Source: the human T2T-CHM13v2.0 reference genome, Homo sapiens
NCBI RefSeq assembly: GCF_009914755.1
Contig: NC_060935.1
Length of the DNA stretch: 64,000 nt
Strand: one strand, 5' to 3'
Shown here piece after piece: positions 11,677 to 25,210 of the stretch; position 1 is the first letter of the stretch, and each line of letters opens with the position of its first letter. The notes beneath the pieces were generated by a model. The model worked only from the letters and a program-made list of their open reading frames with translations, did no database searches and had not been told where the DNA came from. The position numbers and the translations under genes are program-made.

Positions 11677-13308
11677 TGGGCACCAGACTTCCAAACCACA
11701 GGCCTGTTGTCTAATAATACCAGCGACAGCCACCGCCACCTCCATCTGCCAGCCTAAAAATAATCCCTGCTGAGTCCAAAAAAGGCACAGCCCCCAATAG
11801 TCCCCCAACCCCTCCTCCCTGACAAGCCAGGAGGCTCCAGGAGATTCCAGGAAGCCGGCAGACCCGGGGCTCTCACAAAGTGGGAGGCACACGCCCAGAG
11901 GAAGGCAGGAGGAAGGCGGGACCCAAAGCACAGCGAACACCCAGAAAGGACGAGGCGGCGGGGGAGAGACCTGGTCCAAAACGCCGACGGTGTCCTGTTC
12001 TCCCTGCAGGAAGGCAGACGGGTACGGGTTGTTCTGGACAGCCTTCTGCCTGCGGGAAAGCCCCCACACCCAACCCGACAGCACCTCAGAGCATTTCCAC
12101 CCTTCAGTGATCTCCCCTTCATGCCCTCACAGCCCTCCCGGCCCCCACGCGCCACCAAACCTCTCAGGTTCGGAAGCCACGGGTCAGGGAGCCCCAGCCG
12201 CTCCTTAAGGAGAGAGAGGCACTGGGGAGGTGCAAGCTCAGCAGGCTCCTTCCTTCTGCGGGGGCCGCTCCGGCCCTGAGCCTTCTCGGCTGGGCTCCCC
12301 CAGCAGCTGTGAGGCCGGGATGCTATTAGCAACCTTAATTTGCTCTCGGCTAGATTGTATTTCCAAGAGTCCTTTCCCCAGGAGCCACTGGCAGGAAGGA
12401 AGTCAGTAATTCAATCTCTGCTCCACTCCTTTAATGGCTCCTCAGCAGAGGCAAAGCCACACCCCCACTGCCCCTCTCCCCACCTGGGCAGAGGCCTGCC
12501 CGGCACTCACAGGGCCCAGGTGCACGCGCCCCTGCAGCCGGCAGGCCGCCTGGCCAACTGAGGGCACCGTGGGCTCGGCCCCCAGGAGGCTGGGCTCCGT
12601 GGTAAGATGCCAGATAGAGGCAGTAAGTCCGTGGGAAGCCGAAGTCCCATGTTTACTCCCCGGGCAACATCAACATTCCTACTCCAAAGCCAGAAAATGA
12701 AGACAGTGACTCACCTCGTACAGTCTGTGCCTGTGTGCAAGTCACAGGCCCCCGCTCCATCTCGGGGGCACACACGACCAGGAGGGAGGCAAGGGGCCAC
12801 AGAGGACAGAAAGCCAGGCTGAGCGGGACCTTCTCAGAAAGGACAGTCAGGCCGGCTGAGACTCCTCCCAGCTCTGGCGCACTCGGACTCTTTCTCCAGA
12901 GCCCTCTTGGAGGCCCCATCTCCTGCTTATTCACGCAAGAGAGAACAGAAAAGCAGGAAGATTCCCAAGAAAAATAGGTCAGCTGCCTCCAGCAGACTGG
13001 GCTCACACCCATGGGCAGCACCTTTTGGGGAATGGGCATAAGCTGCCTATCCAACCCCAGAGTCCTCTGGAGTGAGCAACTGAGACACAGCCACACCCTC
13101 AGGGAGACAGAGAGGCCCTGGGCTGGGGCCTGCCACTCTGGTAACCTCTGTGCTGCCTAGACTGCAGCACCAAGGGCACCGTGGCAGAGTGGGAGGGGAT
13201 ATGAAGGCAAGAAGTTGGCTCCAAGGGTCTCTCTGCTCTCAGGGCTGCAGCACGGAGAGGAGTGGCCCCCACCTCGTGTCTGCACACTAACTTCCCCACC
13301 CTGCCACT

Positions 13309-13600
13309 CCACGCACGTGCACACAAACACACAGGCACTCAAGCACTTGTGGGCAGGCACACATACAGATTTCACATGTATGTGCACACAGGCATACATG
13401 CATGTGCATGCACACGTATGGGCACATGTGCACACACATACAGGTGTGCACACATGTGCAATGCACATACATGCCAGCATGCATACACACAGGGGCACAT
13501 ATATGCACACATGCAGGGGCACACACATATGTACACATATAGGAACATGTGTGTATGCGCACACACATGTGCACATGTATGCATGTGCACACACACACAC
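13309..13600. repeat. Degenerate CA/CATG alternating purine-pyrimidine tract
   Basis: Repeated CACACATGTGCA-type units in intron 1. Confidence 0.85.
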
Positions 13601-15304
13601 TTCTGGACAGCTGGAAGCTCTCAGCAGTTGCAGCTCTTTGACCATTCAGATCCACTCTTCACACAAGCTGCTTCACCTCTTCTAGGAAGCAGGTGGAAGG
13701 GGACCGCTCCCTAAGTACTCTGCACCCCAACCTGAGAAGGCCACAGGATGTGGAGAAGAGAGCTACCTTAAATCTCAGGCCCAGCCCTCTTTGGAGCTTA
13801 TCTCCCACCCCCACATCTTGAAGCACCCAGCAGGGCTGAGGAAGAGAGGGCCAAGGAAGAAGACACAGCCAGCACCCTGGCTGGGGAGAAGGCAAAGGTA
13901 CAGGAGGTTGGAGTGAGGGCCAGAGTGATGCTGGGGCTCAGAATCTTCCAGCGAGGCAGCCTCTGCTCCTCTGTAACCAGATTCCAGCCTTCTGTCTCAG
14001 AGCCATAAACACGAAACCACTCAAGGTCTATCTAGGACCCTGCAACTCCAGGACCAGCACATGCAGGGCCACAGGCCCGCGGCTGAAAGCTGATTGCCCT
14101 CTGCCCCTCAGCCAAGCCCTTCTCACATCCCCGTCTCCCCAGCTTCCCACAGGGCACAGGCTGCCAGACACACTCCTGTCCCCAGCATGTGTGTGCTGAG
14201 GATACACACACACATCCATCCAGCCACTGACCACTTCCTGAGTGAAGTCCTTCTCAGCCGATAGGCTCACCACGGGGTCTTGATAGCAACCTCTGAGTCC
14301 AAACCTCCACCCTCCCATCTTCATTACCAAAAGGAAGCATAGGTCAAGGCCAGGTAGAAAGTAGAGGGCAATGGCCCAACTACCAGCAGGATCTGAGTCA
14401 GAACCTCACTGTATTTGGGGACACTGTAGTCAGGGATAATGTAACGACAGAATCTGTGGCAGACAGAGGAGGCAGCCGTGGGAGTAAAGTCTGGGACTTT
14501 CCTCCCCTATCCAAGGTCCACAATCAGCTAAGCACGGCCCAGGGTCCTCCCACAGAGTAGGAACTCCCCCGGGCTGGCTCAGCAGCCGTCTGAGATACTG
14601 AGTGCACACCAATCACTGTCTTCCAGGTTCTGGGTACCACTCCAGCCCCTCTCTTCTCCACACTTCCCCAACCTGTCCACTGACCTTAATCACCTCCCAG
14701 GCACACACACTCAAAGTCAAAAGGAGGAGCCCATTCCAACCTCTGTCCCGCACCCGAGGGCTGATGGAGTCGGGTCCCAACACAACATCATCCCTTTCCC
14801 CCTCTGCCAGAGCAGCCCCTGCTATGGCCAAATCCTAAGGGTGGCATCTCAAAGTCCCTCCTGCTGAGGGACTGCCCCAGAAGTCACCTCTGCCAGTCAG
14901 GGAACAGCTGAGCTCTCACAGGGAGACTCAGCAGCATGTGGACACTGGCTGGTGCTGCTCACACGAGCGGGCGCCCACCCGCTCTCTCCAGAGGCTGTGT
15001 GTTGCAAGCCCTCACTTCCCGGGCTGTGTCCTTCCATAAACCTCTGGCCACCAACAACACTCCAGCTTTGGAGACCTTGCAAAGGACTTCCGAGCAGCTT
15101 TGAGGCCCGCACATCCTGCACACGTGTCCCTGGGATGCCAGGGACAAGAGGTTCTGCCCAGACAAGGTCAGCCCAGAAAGGGGTCTTACTTCCTGACACA
15201 GGCAGCCTTCTGAACTTCCCCGCAACACATTCTCAGCTCCTAGTGCCCTGAATGGCCCAAGGGAAAGAAATTGAGGAGGATCTTGGAATCCCAGGGACAC
15301 TGAG

Positions 15305-15545
15305 AAAATAATGTTAATGTTTACTGAGCACGTACTATATAACAGGTAGTTGTTTTGTTTCCTTATAACACTCATGTCCACCTAAAAACCCTAAAAGTAC
15401 ATGCTATTGGCACATTTTCTATTGAGGCAAGTGACATTTAGAGAGGTTGAGAATTTGTCCAAGGTCACAGGGTCGGCAGGTGACACAGCCAGAATCTGAA
15501 TCCCAGTCATATGGCTCTAGACCTAGGTCCTTAACTACCACACAC
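15305..15545 (-). mobile_element. MIR
   Basis: TTTACTGAGCAC...AGAGAGGTTGAGAATTTGTCCAAGGTCACAG...CCAGAATCTGAATCCCAG. Confidence 0.65.
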
Positions 15546-17473
15546 AGAGCAATTGAGGCTAAGAAAGACCCCAAGACCAGCAAGGTCACCCTCTGCTTCC
15601 AGACAGGGGTACATGTCCAGCCATTCCAGACAGAAGGACCCCTCTGCACCCTGAAAGAGGGCATAACCTTCATGCCAGGCAGCCTTCAATTTTGGGAAGC
15701 CCTTCCTTCTATCTTGCGATTCTGCGTGTTGCTGCAGTATAAACTCACATTCCTTTATTCTGGGCTGAAACTTGCAAAGAAGTCCATTGCCCACCCTGAC
15801 TTAGGTTCGGAGGCTATTTCAGAGCCTTCCTTCAGCGTCTCTTTTCTATTCAAAGATCCCAGCTCATCCTTTTGTGCTTTCAGGGACAGTCCCATAGCAG
15901 GAACATACCAAAAACGGGAGGGGAGGAGGATGCGGGCATTGGAAGACGGCAAGGAAATGGGGGAGAGGATGAGGCTACAGGCAGACTGTCAAGCGCAGCC
16001 CGATGCACCTCACATCCACCCCCCGTTCCGTAAGCTTCCGCCATCACCCTTGCCTCAGTGTTCCCACCTGACAAATGAAGAGTTTTAAAACCGTCCGGAC
16101 CAACATGTCAGTTAACAAAATCACCCTTCGCTTCGCCCTCTGCTCGTTCTGTTTTCAGACACCACCACCCCCCTCAGAAGCAGAGGCGACATATTCATTC
16201 CATTCCGGAAAGTTTCCTGAAGCACGCCCCCCTGCACAGACGAGTGACGAGGGGACCCCGTGAGAGGCGCCTCCAGCCCACCCGGCGCCCCATGCCGCTG
16301 GGAGAGGGTTCTCTGTCGGCGAGTCCTGCCTGCTGACTCCCACCCACAGCGGGTTCTCTCCCGCCGCCATCTCCTCCGGCTTGGTGAACTTGCCCGCAGC
16401 CGGGTCGTGTCTGCGCGCTGACAGCCCTGAGCTCACAGTCCTGGCACCCTCCAGGCTCCGCTCCCACTTCCATACAAGGGCCGAGAGCCGGGGGTGCCAC
16501 CCAGAGGCTTGTAGGTCGCTCTGCCCATCTCCAAAGCAAAAGCCCGCGCGCTCACGCACGCATCACCCAACTCGGTGGCTCCCCCCTTGCGTCTCCCCCA
16601 GCTCAGACCCAGGAAAGCGGAAAGAGAAAATCCCCCCTCCGCTCGGATTCACAGCGTGGGGACCCCCCCTTCCCCGCCCCTCCCCTCCCCCGCCGCCGCC
16701 CCCAGCCAGCTCTGCCTCGCAGCCTGGGGAGGGCGGCGTGGGGCCCGCGCGGCTGCGGCGCGCTCCCGGGGAACTTTTGCCTGGCCGGGGCCCAGGTGCG
16801 GCTGAGAGGCGCGGGGGCCGGCGGGGTCCAGCCAAAAGCGGACACACCTCGAAGCTGGCCTCATCAATCCTCCTCTCACCGGGCGCCCCTGCTAGGGGGA
16901 TCCGACCTCCAGCTGCCAAGATGTGTGGGCAGGAGGGGCGCGAGCGGAGCGATGGACGCCCGCAGGGCCGCGCGAACCCGGGGCCTTAGACGCGGGTGCC
17001 GCCAGTCCCAGGGATCCTCCGGGTCGCGCCTCCCTGCAGGCGCTCCTCGCGGCGCGGGGCTCTAGCGTGCTGCAGCCTGCCCGGAGACCGCAAACTCCCG
17101 CAGCCAGAGTTTCCCGCAGCTCTGGGAGGCGGCCGCCGGGCAGGAGGCGACGGGCTAGGCGCGCCGGTGTGCACCGTGGGGCCCGTGGTGGGCGAAGTCG
17201 ACCCAGGTTCCACTGCGTCCTTTCCCCGAGTGCCCGGCAGCCCGTGGGCTCTGGCCCCTTCCCGCCCGCCCCTCCAGCCCACGGCCCCCAGGCCCTCCCC
17301 GGCAATGCTCCCGGGCGCGCCTGGCCCGCGTCGGAGCCCAAGCCTCACCCGCGGGAAGGCGCGCCGGGGAGCTGGGGAACCGGGGGGCCAAGGAGCCGGG
17401 AAACCGAGGGGCCGGGCGCGAGGGGCCGAGGGCGCCGGGAGGGGCAGGGGAGGGACGCCGCACTTCAACTCAC

Positions 17474-17537
17474 CTTCAGCCGCAAGCCCTCGGGTGCCGA
17501 TCACACTTGCTATGAAAGTGGCCACATACCAAATCAT
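17474..17537 (-). CDS. IGSF9B: IGSF9B coding exon 1 (signal peptide MIWYVATFIASVIGTRGLAAE + 1 nt)
   Basis: ATG at 17537 inside the CpG island; hydrophobic N-terminus recognised as IGSF9B; donor GAAG|GTGAGT at 17474/17473; 64 nt, phase 1, splices in frame to exon 2. Confidence 0.95.
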
Positions 17538-17566
17538 AGTACTACCGCGCCAGCCCGGAGCCTCAT
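17534..17566 (-). other. uORF MRLRAGAVVL* whose TGA overlaps the IGSF9B ATG (ATGA)
   Basis: ATG AGG CTC CGG GCT GGC GCG GTA GTA CTA TGA read directly; A at -3. Confidence 0.7.
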
Positions 17567-17639
17567 CCTATCGCAAAGTGCTCCCGCGCCCGCACGCGCC
17601 TCGCGCCCGAGCGCCCGCCTCGCGCCCGCCTCGCGCCGC

Positions 17640-17687
17640 CTACGCCCCGCGCCGGTGCTCCTGCAGCCCGGGTGGCCAGCTCTCCAT
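17640..17687 (-). other. uORF MESWPPGLQEHRRGA* in the probable 5' UTR
   Basis: GGAGGGATGG strong Kozak (-3 G, +4 G); TAG ends at 17640. Depends on the TSS lying upstream of 17687. Confidence 0.55.
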
Positions 17688-17809
17688 CCCTCCTAGGCTC
17701 CGCTCGGCTCGGCGCGCGCCTCCCCGGCCCCGGCGCAGCGGCACCTGCACTACTCGCCCGGGCGGAGCGCAGCCAGGTCCACGGTGAAGCCTAGCCGGGC
17801 CGGGCCTCC

Positions 17810-17885
17810 GGAACCGCCCCCGCCGCCCGCCTATTGGGCGCCGCCCGCAAGCCGGGGGTCCGATTGGCTCAGCCTTCCGCCCGTC
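17810..17885 (-). promoter_or_regulatory. IGSF9B proximal promoter: two CCAAT boxes and GC boxes, no TATA
   Basis: ATTGG at 17833-17837 and 17863-17867 (CCAAT on minus, 30 bp apart); several CCGCCC Sp/KLF boxes at 17814-17882; ~300 bp upstream of the ATG. Confidence 0.7.
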
Positions 17886-19400
17886 GCGGCGCGAAGGAGG
17901 CGAGCCCATTTCAAGGTGCGTTGAAGTGTGGCGAGCACAGAGCCGCAGAATCATGCGCATTGCCGGGGAGAAGGTGGTATAGCGTCTCTGCCCGCTTCTC
18001 TCTCGGCTCACACTGCGTGGCAAGTTTCTGGTGAGGGAAATGGTAGCTTCTAACGGGACCCTGGCGGGTCTCAATTACCCCGGACAGGTCTGAGGGAAGT
18101 GGAGCCCCCGCCCACTCATGGAACCCAACATCCGGTTTCCATCCGGCAAAAAGCAGTTCCCGAGAGGACCATGCTGATTCTATGATGGGGAAACCCAGGA
18201 GCCGGCGGCCCGGGAGAGCCGGGGAACGTCCTTCGCCGGAGATCTTTTCAAAGAGGTCACGCGCCGCCTCCCCACCCCGTCTCCCTCCGCACCCAGACAC
18301 GTCCCCAGAGCAGCGCACCACCCCCTCCAAACGTGATGCAGACCGGGGGATGACTAAAATGACCTCTCAAAGTCGCTAAGATTTAGAGTGAGTCATTGGC
18401 TCAGCTGCGAAGTGCCACAGACCCCTCAGGAACACTCGTGCACACACACTCCACCCCCAGTGCTGGTCACTGCTGCTCATCATTACTGAATCCCGACTCC
18501 AAGCAGTCAAAGTTGGGTCTTTTTCCCACTTCTCCTGATAAAGGCTGCTTCCTCACGCACATGGTTCCTCCCCTCTCCACCTTACTCGGAGCCCAGCCCC
18601 GACTCGGCCGCATGAAACCACGATGGGTTTGGGGGAAGCTTTAGGAGTCTGGGATGGAGGAGACCCAGGGAAAGGGAAGGAGCTTCTCATCCTACAGAGG
18701 AATGTAAATAGGAAACTGGAAGGTCTTCGTATGTTCCAGTCTCCCTACCCTAGCCTGTCTGCTTCCCCTCCCCCAATACAGTTGTATTTGCAGAAGAAAT
18801 AAATGAGTGTCATGGAAACATCTACTACAAACAATCACCTCACACCAGCGCTCAGAGGCTGCAGTGAAGATGTTTGTTCTTTCAAGGAGTGAAGGCAGTG
18901 GTAAGAATCACACCGCTCCCTGGGATGGGCTGTTGGCCAAGGAAGGAAGGCAGAGGGTCAGCGAGCGAGAGCTCAGGAATTTCATCCTCTCAAAGCACTC
19001 GTTAGCCACAAAGCCCTGGCTCCAGGACACGAAGCTCCCAAAACAACAAGAAGGAGACTTGCTTCTGGGAAAGCATGCACACAGGTACACACACATGCAC
19101 AAAAAGTGGCCTTGAACACCGGAGGTGGAGCATTCCCTGACACCGGAAGCCTCTTAGCTCACCGCCAGCTGGGAGGCAGAAAGAGGCCCCCAACAGAGCA
19201 GTCAGTGAGCACATGGATAAAGGTCGAGGGCCTGGATAGATCCAGAGAACCAGGACTGTTGAATAACCTTCTACCCTACCCACCCCTCCACCTGTGCAAA
19301 CACACTCAAGATGCATAACTTGGGGCCATCTCTCCCTGAGCCATGATTTTGGTTCTCTTCTTGGGCAAAGATGCCTTTCTGGGGACAATGAAGTGAGCTG

Positions 19401-19458
19401 CTCCAGGTCTCATTGATGCAGTGATCTCCAGGTCTCATTGATGCAGTGATTTCCAGGT
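19401..19458. repeat. 25-bp tandem duplication (2.3 copies)
   Basis: CTCCAGGTCTCATTGATGCAGTGAT at 19401 and 19426, then partial TTCCAGGT. Confidence 0.9.
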
Positions 19459-19859
19459 GGCATGACCCAGAATAACTCCACCCCCAACACACACACACAC
19501 ATATACATACACACACACTTACACACTTTCCCAGGGCCCCGGGACTGTAAAGACATATTGGAATCCATTTGCAGAATTGGTCATAACAGGATCCTTCTCC
19601 TCCCACAACCTCTAAGCAGCTAACTGTGGCCTAGAGAAAAGTGCCAGATCCACAAAGCCTGGCCCTAGTTCCTCACCATTGTTAGGTATGGAGTGGGAAA
19701 CATCAGGTCTCAGAGAAACCCTCTCCTAGGGGCCTGCAGGGCAAGGAAAAAGATGGAGCCACTCTCACCACCCATCTTGATTGCTTTGTCTGGCCATCCA
19801 TTTGTCCTACTCAGGGTTCTGCCTCCTGCTAGGAAAGTAGAACTGTCTGTCAGAATGGA

Positions 19860-20022
19860 TGGCGGGCATGGAGGCTCATGCCAGTAGTCTCAGCTCCTCA
19901 GGAGGCTGAAGCAGGAGTATTGCCTGAGCACAGGAGTTCTAGGCTCAGTGATCATGCCACTGCACTCCAGCCTGGGTGACAGAATGAGACCCTGTTAAAA
20001 AACAAACAAAAACAACAACAAA
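19860..20022 (+). mobile_element. Alu monomer (FRAM/FLAM-like) with degenerate TSD
   Basis: Diverged Alu arm ending CACTGCACTCCAGCCTGGGTGACAG plus A-rich tail; TGTCTGTCAGAATGGA before and TGTCTGTCAAATTGGA after. Confidence 0.8.
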
Positions 20023-20958
20023 AGTGTCTGTCAAATTGGAAAGAAAAAAACACGTAACAAGCTTTAGAACATGAGTTGGGTTGGGAAGGGGTTCGAAGGA
20101 TCTATCTAAAGAGGAGAACAAATTTCTTCTGGATAATTCTACTGGAAACAGAGTGGAACAAGGGATGAAGGCAGAGAGGAAGGGGAAGAAAATTAAGATA
20201 CAAAGGGAAAAGTTCGTCATCATCATCATCATTAGACATGTCTCAACTGGGTTTCAGATCAGCTAAAGAGAGATATACTGTATCAGCTTACAGTGAGGAG
20301 TGAGTCTGATCAAATCTTTTCCTCTTGGCATATGGCTGAGCTTTGGACCCAGAAAGGATGGTTGCCCCTTCCTAGAATAGACACATCCAGTTGAGTGTTC
20401 AAGGGGAGCATGGACCCCAGATGTCCAAAAGGGACATGAGGGAGGAACATGAGCCACTTCCCTGCGCAGCTCCTAGGTGTACCTGAATGTCATCGATGTC
20501 ACTAATAAATGCAGTAATATATCCAGGAATGGTATGTATATCAGATACGGGAGTGTCTGTCATCTTCTTTTAAGAGGTACTGACTTTTTGGAAATACAAA
20601 ACAATAGTCTTATCAGTGTGTCTATGAAAAAAAACCAAATGTAGCCACCTACCTGCACATCCCAGAGGCCTTTGGAGGACATGTGAGAAAGGGGGCTGAC
20701 AGGAGCTTCAAGTGTAGGAGAAGAGGAAACTATCCTCCTTCCCTCCTCATAGTCATCGAACAAGGAGGACTCAAAAACAATAGTTCACTTGTCTGTCACT
20801 TCTCACCTTCCTCAGTGGTTCCAGCCCTCATTGCAGAATCTAGGGTAGAACAATTGTTGGGACAGCTGCTTGTGAAAAGGAGAGGCAGTTCTAAATAAAA
20901 GCAGTTTACTCAACACAAACACCAAAGAGCGTGTTTAGTGTTTACATAAATAGGTAAC

Positions 20959-21787
<829 letters not shown>

Positions 21788-21852
21788 ATGAAAACAGTCT
21801 TCAAAATTGAAGGAAAAAAATGACTGCTAGAAGAAATATCTAGAAAGAAAGG

Positions 21853-22340
21853 TATATATTAGAGTTCTCCAGAAAAAATAGAACTAATAGGATTGATATA
21901 GACATCAATATTGATACCAATATACATATAGAGATATAACGGGAGGTATTATAGAAATTAGCACATGCAATTCTGGAGCCTGAGAAGTCCAATGCTATGC
22001 CATCTGAATGCTGAAGAACCAGAGAAGCTGGTGGTATAATTCAGTCTGTGTCTAAAGACCTGAGAACCTAGAGTTCTGATGTCCAAGGGACAGGAGAAGC
22101 TACCCCAGCTCCAGAAGAGAGCAATTTGCCCACCCTCAGCCTTTGTTGCTCTATATGGAGCTTTGATGGAGGGTAGGATGATGGCTGCCCACGCTAGTGA
22201 GGACAGACCATCCTCACTCAGCCTCCCAATTCTGTCGCCAACCTCTTCCAGAAGCACCCTCACAGACACACCCAGAAAGAAAGTTTTGTGAGGTATCTGG
22301 GCAGCCCTTACCCTAGTCGACATCTAAAATTGACCAACAC
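21853..22340 (-). mobile_element. MLT2 (ERVL) LTR
   Basis: TATTAGAGTTCTCCAGAAA...GAACTAATAGG start; CACCCTCACAGACACACCCAGAAA...AAAATTGACCAACACA end. Confidence 0.75.
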
Positions 22341-22872
22341 AAAAGGGCTTGGCATATAGTATCCGATCTCAGAGTTTTCTCCCTTTGAGTCAAGCTACCA
22401 CTACCAGTCCCAGGTGTCAGGGATGTACGCTTGATCCTTACAGAAGACTAGCCTGTTTGTGAAGCAGATCCTTTCACCTTGCTTTCTCTTAATACACCAG
22501 AGACCAGTCAGCATATTTTAAAAGAACTTGGAGGAGAGAGGAAAATAAATAAAATTGCATTTCTGAAACATAAATATATAATCTTAAGATCTGACGCAGA
22601 AGTGGAGAAAAGCTTTGCAAGGGTCTCAAGCCCTCTCACCGTAAGAATTGTTCATCTAGGCTCAAAATCCTCCCACAACGTTGCAAGCACCTCACATGGC
22701 GTTCGTCTCTCCTGGCTCCCCGCTTGTCTCTTGGGTGGGTGGCCTCTGGTCTTAAGTTGTTTTTCTGGACCCAAGTAGATATTCTAACCATCCATCTTGC
22801 CCTCTCCAAATATAAATTCCTGAATACTTTGTCTTATTCAAACGCAAACTTCATTATGAGTCAAATTTACCA

Positions 22873-23166
<294 letters not shown>

Positions 23167-24841
23167 TTGCTACAATGTCCAGAGTTCTATTGAGGTGCAA
23201 TCTCCTCTGAAGGCCACAGCTTGGTTAGGTGGTGGTAACAGACCCAGAGACTGATCCAGCCCTTCCTAGCTTAAGATACCCGTTCCGACCACCATAGGAT
23301 CATTTTATATTTCATCCAGATGAGTCCACAGCCCAGGAAGAGGATCTACCCAAATCCCATCCATTGCAGGGTGCAGCCTAATGTTGCTTCCCTGTGCTCT
23401 CACCATCCCGCGCATACGGCAGAGGTAACATGTATGCTAACTGCTGCCCACATATGCAAGTGGGCAGCAGATGACACTCTCTCAGAACCTGTCCTGGTCA
23501 TTTGTGTGTGCACAGGTATAAACATGCATCTCTACAGAGCAGAATTCTCTCATGCTGAGCCTGAAGTCCAAGTTCTTAAAGATTTGTTTGTGGCAATGTA
23601 GTAGAAATTAATGATAAAGAAACTAGAATTTTAGCTGAACTGTATTCATTTCTTGCCTGGCTGAGAAGGGAGGAGTCCTTGCCCAAGGTCGAAAGTAGAC
23701 CTATAATTTAGGATAAGTTTATTTGAAAACTAGGTGGACAGCACCCTCAGCCTTACTAATCCCTCTCCTCTTTCTTCTAGGTGTTCCAGGCCAGCTCTGA
23801 ACAATCTCAGAGAAAACATATTTCATTGTTGTGTGACTTAAGGTAGGACTACAGAAAGGAAGTTCATTACTCTGCATGAAATTTGTCCCATAGAACTCAG
23901 GAGCCCTATATAGATAGCCCTGCTTGTGAACTGCCCCCCAGGAACATTTCACCCACACTGTTCAGCAACTCCTCACCTCGCCAATGTCTGCATCATTAAA
24001 AATGTTGTTCTCAGGCCTCCTGGGGCTACCCTGGCCCACCTGAGTATGCCCTTGTCTGCCCATGGCCACAGGCCCCAGCTGCAAGGCGCAGTGACAGATG
24101 AGCAGAGCGAACCTCACTCAAACTCTTGGCATCCAGAAGTCTGGAAGACAGCTAGAATCAGGGCTCCACTGCACCATCCAGCTCTGGCCCCAGCAGCCCA
24201 AAGGTGTGGGTCATTCTCTTTGTCTGAGTTCTACTTCCTCCATCTGGAAAAGGGACCGTAGAAGGTAGTGGGAACTAAGGCCCAGGAGAGAAGGATCTGA
24301 AGACTCTGATGGGCAGTTTCTTTGTCACAGACTCTCCAGCAGCCCAATGTCATGGCCCTGTGATATGATACAGGAAGAAAATGAGACCTGGCTTTCTCCC
24401 CAAGGCTTGAATAGCCAGAGATTCTAGTACAGCACAGACCTTCCACAGAGGCACATGGAGTCCTGGACTCAGGCAAATGGCAACCTTGAAACTGCCAAAA
24501 GGTGGACTCGAGCAGTGGCTCAAGAAGCTGTGAGGAGTCAGCCAAGGAGCAAGCCATGCTAGAATGCCAGAAACAGACAGGCCCAGGGCCTACGCTCAAG
24601 AAGCACCAGCAGAAGGGATTCCACAATGAATGAGTAGCACCTGGACACCAGCCTGCAGTCAGCACTGTGCTAGGCCCTATGGAGAACACCAGAGTGACCA
24701 GCCACAGTCTCAGTCACTCAGGACCTTGGCACCTGGATGGAAAAACAAGGCTGACCACATGAACGGCACTTACTAAACTCTGTCTACACCATCGCAAGAG
24801 TGATGATGGCCCAGACTTGAATTGCAGTAGAACAGGACAAT

Positions 24842-25210
<369 letters not shown>

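Larger units (their letters stand above)
16250..18350. promoter_or_regulatory. CpG island spanning IGSF9B promoter, exon 1 and start of intron 1
   Basis: Very high GC with dense CpG and CGCG runs against a CpG-depleted background. Confidence 0.9.

Noticed and set aside
16381-18074. Several 180-260 aa Pro/Arg/Gly/Ala-rich ORFs
   Set aside because: Expected in a CpG island with few stop codons; only the first 64 nt of ORF 16986-17537 are IGSF9B coding.
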